64,000 nucleotides of DNA from the NCBI GenBank assembly GCA_963665095.1, contig OY762069.1, positions 5,984,001 to 6,048,000 of the forward strand. Reading direction: 5' to 3'. The DNA comes from an uncultured Desulfobacter sp. Lineage in GTDB: Bacteria > Desulfobacterota > Desulfobacteria > Desulfobacterales > Desulfobacteraceae. The notes beneath the pieces are model-generated. The model searched no databases. It worked only from the letters and a program-made list of their open reading frames with translations, and was not told the origin of the DNA. The position numbers were made by a program, and so were the translations under genes. This document shows, piece after piece, positions 59,516 to 64,000 of this stretch; the first letter of the stretch is position 1; each line of letters opens with the position of its first letter.

Positions 59516-59998
59516 ATGGAACAAAGAATTAAAATAAGCCCCCTGGATACGGCCATATTGACCTGCCCGGACTGCGGGCGCAGCAAAATACTGCAATTGT
59601 CTGAATATAAGCTGGAAAAACGGTTTACCAAATTAAAGTACACCTGTCGTTGCAATCGGACCTGCATGGTTACCCTTGAAAACCGGTTGGACAGGAACAG
59701 CCACAGATGTTTTGCCGGCACCTATACAGCCCCCGGTGTTCGGCAGTGCACAGGACCCATGGTGGTCAAACGCCTGGACTCCAAAGGCCTGACCCTTAAA
59801 ACCAACCGGGACCAGAATATCCTTCCGGGCATTACCCTTGAGGTGGAGTTTGTGCTGGACGACGCCAAGCAGTCAATGGTGAAAAAAGATGTGCGGGTCA
59901 CCGCCCGTCAGGGAAATTATCTGACAGCAGAATTCCTGGTGGCCAACCATGTGGATGATTTAGGCGATTACCTGTTTTTCAACAAACTGTATGTCTAA
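59516..59998 (+). CDS. Zn-ribbon plus degenerate PilZ-like hypothetical protein
   Basis: CPDC..CRC; NRLDRNSHR; LDSKGL; VEFVLDD. GAAAGGAG RBS. Confidence 0.6.
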   Translation: MEQRIKISPLDTAILTCPDCGRSKILQLSEYKLEKRFTKLKYTCRCNRTCMVTLENRLDRNSHRCFAGTYTAPGVRQCTGPMVVKRLDSKGLTLKTNRDQNILPGITLEVEFVLDDAKQSMVKKDVRVTARQGNYLTAEFLVANHVDDLGDYLFFNKLYV

Positions 59999-60113
59999 GA
60001 CGGGCCGTGGGCTGGTGCTTTTTTCTGACTATGCCCTTTAGCGGGCTGCTTTTTTCAAATTATCCATTACCTATATTCCCCCCTTCTAATATTCATTTTT
60101 CTCGAATTTTTTA

Positions 60114-60137
60114 TTGACAAATACCGGCTGGTCGGTC
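60114..60137 (+). promoter_or_regulatory. Sigma-70 -35 box overlapped by a TetR-type operator
   Basis: TTGACA (60114-60119) followed by the dyad accggctggtcggt. Confidence 0.6.
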
Positions 60138-60202
60138 ATCTATTGCATATCTCATAAATGCTCTTTAATTACAAGAATATATAATTGACCCAAAGGTCAT
60201 AA

Positions 60203-60811
60203 ATGCAAAAACGACAGGAAAATAGAGAGAAAAAGCAGGCCGCGATTCTTGGGGCAGCGCTGGCGGTTTTTTCGGAAAAAGGCTTTGCCGCCGCTAAAAT
60301 CATTGATATTGCAAAGGCTGCCAATGTGGGGAAAGGAACTATCTACGAGTATCATAAAAGCAAGGAGGATCTGTTCTTTGCGTTGTGCCGGTGGTATGTG
60401 GACCAGATGGCAAAAAACGCCATGGTCGATGCACAAAGTCTGGGCGGCGACGCTGAAAAAAGGCTTCGGATTCTGATTACCTCCCTGGTCAACGCCTTCT
60501 ACCGCGAAATTGACAGCTTTGCGCTCTTTCTTGAATTCTGGGCAGCCGCAGGAAATCCTGCCACCCGGGACAGGTTCCGTTCAATTCTTTTGTCTGTTTA
60601 CGACCAGCTTCGCAATATTATCATCACACTGGTGGATGAAGGCCGAGAAACCGGTATTTACCGCCAGGATGTAGACAGTCTTTCCATTGCTGCAGGACTG
60701 GTGGGGGCCATGGACGGGATGATGCTCCAGGCGTGGATGGACCGGGATTTTGATGTGCTGCCGGCAGCGGACCGCGTCATCAACACACTTATCAGAGGCA
60801 TGAAACCATGA
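60203..60811 (+). CDS. TetR-family regulator
   Basis: ILGAALAVFSEKGF..IIDIAKAANVGKGTIYEY..SKEDLF. Confidence 0.93.
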   Translation: MQKRQENREKKQAAILGAALAVFSEKGFAAAKIIDIAKAANVGKGTIYEYHKSKEDLFFALCRWYVDQMAKNAMVDAQSLGGDAEKRLRILITSLVNAFYREIDSFALFLEFWAAAGNPATRDRFRSILLSVYDQLRNIIITLVDEGRETGIYRQDVDSLSIAAGLVGAMDGMMLQAWMDRDFDVLPAADRVINTLIRGMKP

Positions 60812-61566
60812 AAAAATTTTTATTTCAGGGACTCATCCTGGCTTTTCTCGCATCAAAGGCGTTTGCAGGAGAACCGGATGCAACGGCGCTTGTGGCAAAG
60901 GCCTGGGACTACATGCGCGGGACAACCTCGGTGTGTACGGTCACCATGACAGTACACCGGGCGGACTGGGAAAGAACGTCTGTCATCAAGGCCTGGACCC
61001 GGGGCCGGGAGGATTCCATTTTCCAGATCATATCACCCAAGAAGGACAAGGGTAACGGGACGCTGAAAACCGGGAGGGACATGTGGACCTTTAATCCCAA
61101 GATCAACCGGGTGGTGAAAATTCCACCCTCCATGATGTCCCAGTCCTGGATGGGGTCTGATTTTTCCAACAATGATCTTTCCAAGGCTGATACCATTCTC
61201 AATGACTATACCCACGAAATTGTTGAGACACAAACCCTGGACGGTGTCACGGTGTATAAAATCAAATCCATTCCCAAACCTGACGCCCCGGTGATCTGGG
61301 GCATGCAGACCCTGCTGATCCGGGAAGATGCCATCATTGTTGAACAGGCGTTTTATGACGAGGAGATGGAAGCGGTAAAAATCATGACCGCCTCTAATAT
61401 AAAGCCCTTTAACGGCAGGTCTTTTCCGGCAACATGGACCATGCGCGCCATGGATGCCGAATCAAAGGAAGAGTATACCCGTCTGGAATACCAGGATCTC
61501 ACATTTGATCTTCCTTTAAAGGACAGTATGTTTACCCTGAACGCGCTCAAAAAACCGTTGAGGTGA
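60808..61566 (+). CDS. Outer-membrane lipoprotein-sorting (LolA-like) protein
   Basis: Signal peptide; SPKKDKG; MWTFNP; SMMSQSWMGSDFSNNDL. Confidence 0.85.
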   Translation: MKKFLFQGLILAFLASKAFAGEPDATALVAKAWDYMRGTTSVCTVTMTVHRADWERTSVIKAWTRGREDSIFQIISPKKDKGNGTLKTGRDMWTFNPKINRVVKIPPSMMSQSWMGSDFSNNDLSKADTILNDYTHEIVETQTLDGVTVYKIKSIPKPDAPVIWGMQTLLIREDAIIVEQAFYDEEMEAVKIMTASNIKPFNGRSFPATWTMRAMDAESKEEYTRLEYQDLTFDLPLKDSMFTLNALKKPLR

Positions 61567-61570
61567 TAGT

Positions 61571-62803
61571 ATGGAACTCCTCATGGCCTGGCGGAATCTG
61601 CGGCGAAACCCAAGGCGTACTCTCCTGACCATCCTGGCCATTGCCTTTGCCTGCCTGCTGCTGGTCTTTATGCTTTCCATGCAGGTAGGTACCTACGAGG
61701 TGATGATCAATGCATCGGTGAAAACGCTCACCGGCCATGCCCAGGTGATCCGGGAGGGGTACAACCTGGACCATAAGATTCGGCAGGTCGTAGACCATCC
61801 GGATGCCATTGCCAGAATTCTGGATCAGACACCCCATGTCACAGCCTTTACCTTCCGGGGCAATGCCTTTGCCCTGCTCTCTTCGGATGAGCGGACCTGT
61901 GCAGGAATGATCACCGGCATTGATCCCCAAAGCGAAGGTGCTGTTTCCACCGCGGCCCGGACCATCCGCACGGGGCGGTTTCTCAACGGATCCGACACCA
62001 ACGCCTGCGTAATCGGCACCCTTCTGGCCAAAAAGCTGAAAACCGATATCGGAGGAGAACTGGTGGTCCTGGGATCGGCCATGGACGGGTCCGTTGCCGC
62101 CACAGTACTGACCGTGGCAGGCATTTTTTCCTCGGGCATGGATGATTATGACCGTGGGGCTATCCAGATTCCGCTGACCCATTTCCAGGAGACGTTTGTC
62201 ATGCAGGGCGCGGTGCATGAAATCGTCATTATCTGCGACGCACTTGAAAATGTAGACAACGTCAAAAAGAGTGTTTCCGCAGCACTCACACGCCAGAATT
62301 CAGGCCCAACGCTTGCCTGCCTCACCTGGGGGGAGCTGAACCCGGGTCTTGTCCAGTCTATTCAGATGGATCTGGGGGGCGGGATCATCTTTTATATCAT
62401 TCTGCTGGTCATGGTGGCCTTCAGTATCATGAACACCTTTGTCATGGCTGTGTTCGAGCGGACCCGGGAGCTGGGAACTCTTATTGCCATCGGTGCCAGG
62501 CCCGGGCGGCTGTCAAAGATGCTCATCCTTGAATCCGGGCTTCTGACCCTGTGCGGCATCACTTTAGGCATCCTTGCCGGCTGTGCCCTGACCCTGTGGT
62601 TCAGTCACACCGGCATCCCCCTGGGCGGGGCCGAGGGGATGCTGCGTCAATACGGCATCCCCGGTGAAATCAGGCCCAAGCTGACCATGGCAACCGCATT
62701 TGCCGGCCCTATGGTAGTCTTTATCATCACCATCCTTACAGCCCTTTACCCGGCCTTCAAGGTCCACCGGATCAACCCTGTGGAGGCCATGCGGTCGGTT
62801 TAA
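61571..62803 (+). CDS. ABC transporter permease (FtsX/LolE-like)
   Basis: AWRNLRRNPRRT; NTFVMAVFERTRELG; YPA..PVEAMR. Confidence 0.92.
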   Translation: MELLMAWRNLRRNPRRTLLTILAIAFACLLLVFMLSMQVGTYEVMINASVKTLTGHAQVIREGYNLDHKIRQVVDHPDAIARILDQTPHVTAFTFRGNAFALLSSDERTCAGMITGIDPQSEGAVSTAARTIRTGRFLNGSDTNACVIGTLLAKKLKTDIGGELVVLGSAMDGSVAATVLTVAGIFSSGMDDYDRGAIQIPLTHFQETFVMQGAVHEIVIICDALENVDNVKKSVSAALTRQNSGPTLACLTWGELNPGLVQSIQMDLGGGIIFYIILLVMVAFSIMNTFVMAVFERTRELGTLIAIGARPGRLSKMLILESGLLTLCGITLGILAGCALTLWFSHTGIPLGGAEGMLRQYGIPGEIRPKLTMATAFAGPMVVFIITILTALYPAFKVHRINPVEAMRSV

Positions 62804-62825
62804 GGCATAAAAATAAGGAGTTACC

Positions 62826-64000
62826 ATGAATTTTCATATGGCCTGGCGCAATGTCTGGCGCAACCCCAAACGAACGGGCATTATCCTGATCGCCGTCATC
62901 ATCGGCGCCTGGTGCATGCTGGCCTTCTGCGCACTCTCCCGGGGAATGATGGCCTCCACTCTGGAAAGTGCGCTGAACACCCTGACCGGGCACATCCAGA
63001 TTCAGCACCCCCTTTTCCGGGAAGACCCGGCAGTGGAGAACCGGCTCAAAGATCCTGATACTGTGGCCGGCCTTCTGGACAGGACGCTTCCGGCAGGTGC
63101 GGTCTGGGCGTTTCGCATCCAGGCGGCAGGCGTGGCATCCAATGCCAGGGAATCCAAAGGAATCACCATTGTGGGCATTGACCCGGAAAAGGAGCCGGCC
63201 CTCTCCTTTTACGGCAGCCAGACCGCCCAGGGCCGCCTGCTGACACCCGGAGATGACAGAGGCATTGTGGTGGGGCAGGCCCTGCTTGACACCTTTGAGA
63301 CAAAAATCGGCCACAAGCTGGTACTGATGACCCAGGGCGCCGACCTTGACACGGCGTCAAAGGCCTTCAAAATCAGGGGCACCTTCAGGGCAGATATGGA
63401 GGCCACGGAAAAACAGTATGTGTTCATTACCCTGAAAGCTGCCCAAAAACTTCTGGGCATCGGCAAGGATGTCACTCTTGCCTGTGTCCGACTGTCCGAT
63501 GAGACCACGCTGGCCCCGGAAGTCCTTGACCGGACAGTAGCAGCCGTCGGCCAGGGGCTGTCCCGGGACCTGACCATTCTGACCTGGATGGATCTGCTCC
63601 CCCTGCTCCAAGGATACTTAAGCATGTTTGACCGGTTCATGCTGCTCTGGTACCTGGTGGTCTTTATTGCCATGGCATTCGGCCTGGTTAACACCATGCT
63701 CATGGCAGTGCTGGAGAGAACCCGGGAGTTCGGCCTGCTCAAGGCCCTGGGGCTGAAACCTGTGCGGATTGCCGGAAACGTCCTGCTTGAAAGCCTGATC
63801 CTGTTGATCACCGGTCTTTTAGCCGGCAATATTTTGGGGCTTGGGACCATTCAGCTGTTGTCCGGCGGAATAGACATGTCTTTTATGGCCCAGGGATCTG
63901 AGTTTTTTGGCATGGGACGCGTGGTGGTGCCCTTTTTTACGTCCATGGACCTTTTTTCTGTGAATGCCGTGATTGCCGGCTTAGGCATTTTTGTCTGCCT
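62826..64000 (+). CDS. Second FtsX/LolE-like ABC permease (runs off the window end)
   Basis: MNFHMAWRNVWRNPKRTG..NTMLMAVLERTREFGLLKALG; RBS AAGGAG. Confidence 0.9.
   Translation, partial: MNFHMAWRNVWRNPKRTGIILIAVIIGAWCMLAFCALSRGMMASTLESALNTLTGHIQIQHPLFREDPAVENRLKDPDTVAGLLDRTLPAGAVWAFRIQAAGVASNARESKGITIVGIDPEKEPALSFYGSQTAQGRLLTPGDDRGIVVGQALLDTFETKIGHKLVLMTQGADLDTASKAFKIRGTFRADMEATEKQYVFITLKAAQKLLGIGKDVTLACVRLSDETTLAPEVLDRTVAAVGQGLSRDLTILTWMDLLPLLQGYLSMFDRFMLLWYLVVFIAMAFGLVNTMLMAVLERTREFGLLKALGLKPVRIAGNVLLESLILLITGLLAGNILGLGTIQLLSGGIDMSFMAQGSEFFGMGRVVVPFFTSMDLFSVNAVIAGLGIFVC

Noticed and set aside
25994..63850. Long antisense ORFs (e.g. 26619-27368, 28592-29572, 39391-40137, 50865-51632, 58549-59292, 61547-62218)
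   Set aside because: They lie opposite well-supported genes and show no recognisable motifs, as expected for antisense frames in moderately GC-rich coding DNA.
1..64000. CRISPR array, tRNA or rRNA genes
   Set aside because: No regularly spaced repeat-spacer series or recognisable tRNA/rRNA sequence was seen by eye.

Overview
A 64-kb chromosomal window, probably from a sulfate-reducing Desulfobacteraceae-type deltaproteobacterium. This is inferred from a DsrP-like gene, many sigma-54 systems, FprA and the style of the IHF and integrase remnants. The left part (0-13 kb) is a sigma-54 signalling cluster: a Lon protease with an inserted receiver domain, a USP-like protein, an SLC13/TrkA-C transporter, a histidine kinase/NtrC-type pair, and a STAND-TPR-BTAD activator next to a solitary dsrP/nrfD-like gene. 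The 13-35.6 kb region is a mosaic accessory island. It contains a tyrosine-integrase tail, a ~1.1-kb direct duplication (DUF2293-like gene plus HU/IHF pseudogene) bracketing a hydrolase module, and an AT-rich ABC-ATPase + TOPRIM-like pair enclosed by diverged inverted non-coding repeats. It also has a TRAP/CoA-ligase/thiolase operon and nested remnants of IS91, a group II intron, IS66 and IS1634. The right part holds metabolic and transport operons: corrinoid/MtaA-like with MFS and TetR, a pentapeptide-repeat K+ channel with a CheY-like protein, a Liv-type ABC system with a hydrolase, fprA, an IS110 remnant abutting a REP-like palindrome, a GAF-bEBP, and TetR-LolA-like-ABC permeases. No rRNA, tRNA or CRISPR array was seen. 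All family calls come from motif recognition by eye; no searches were run.
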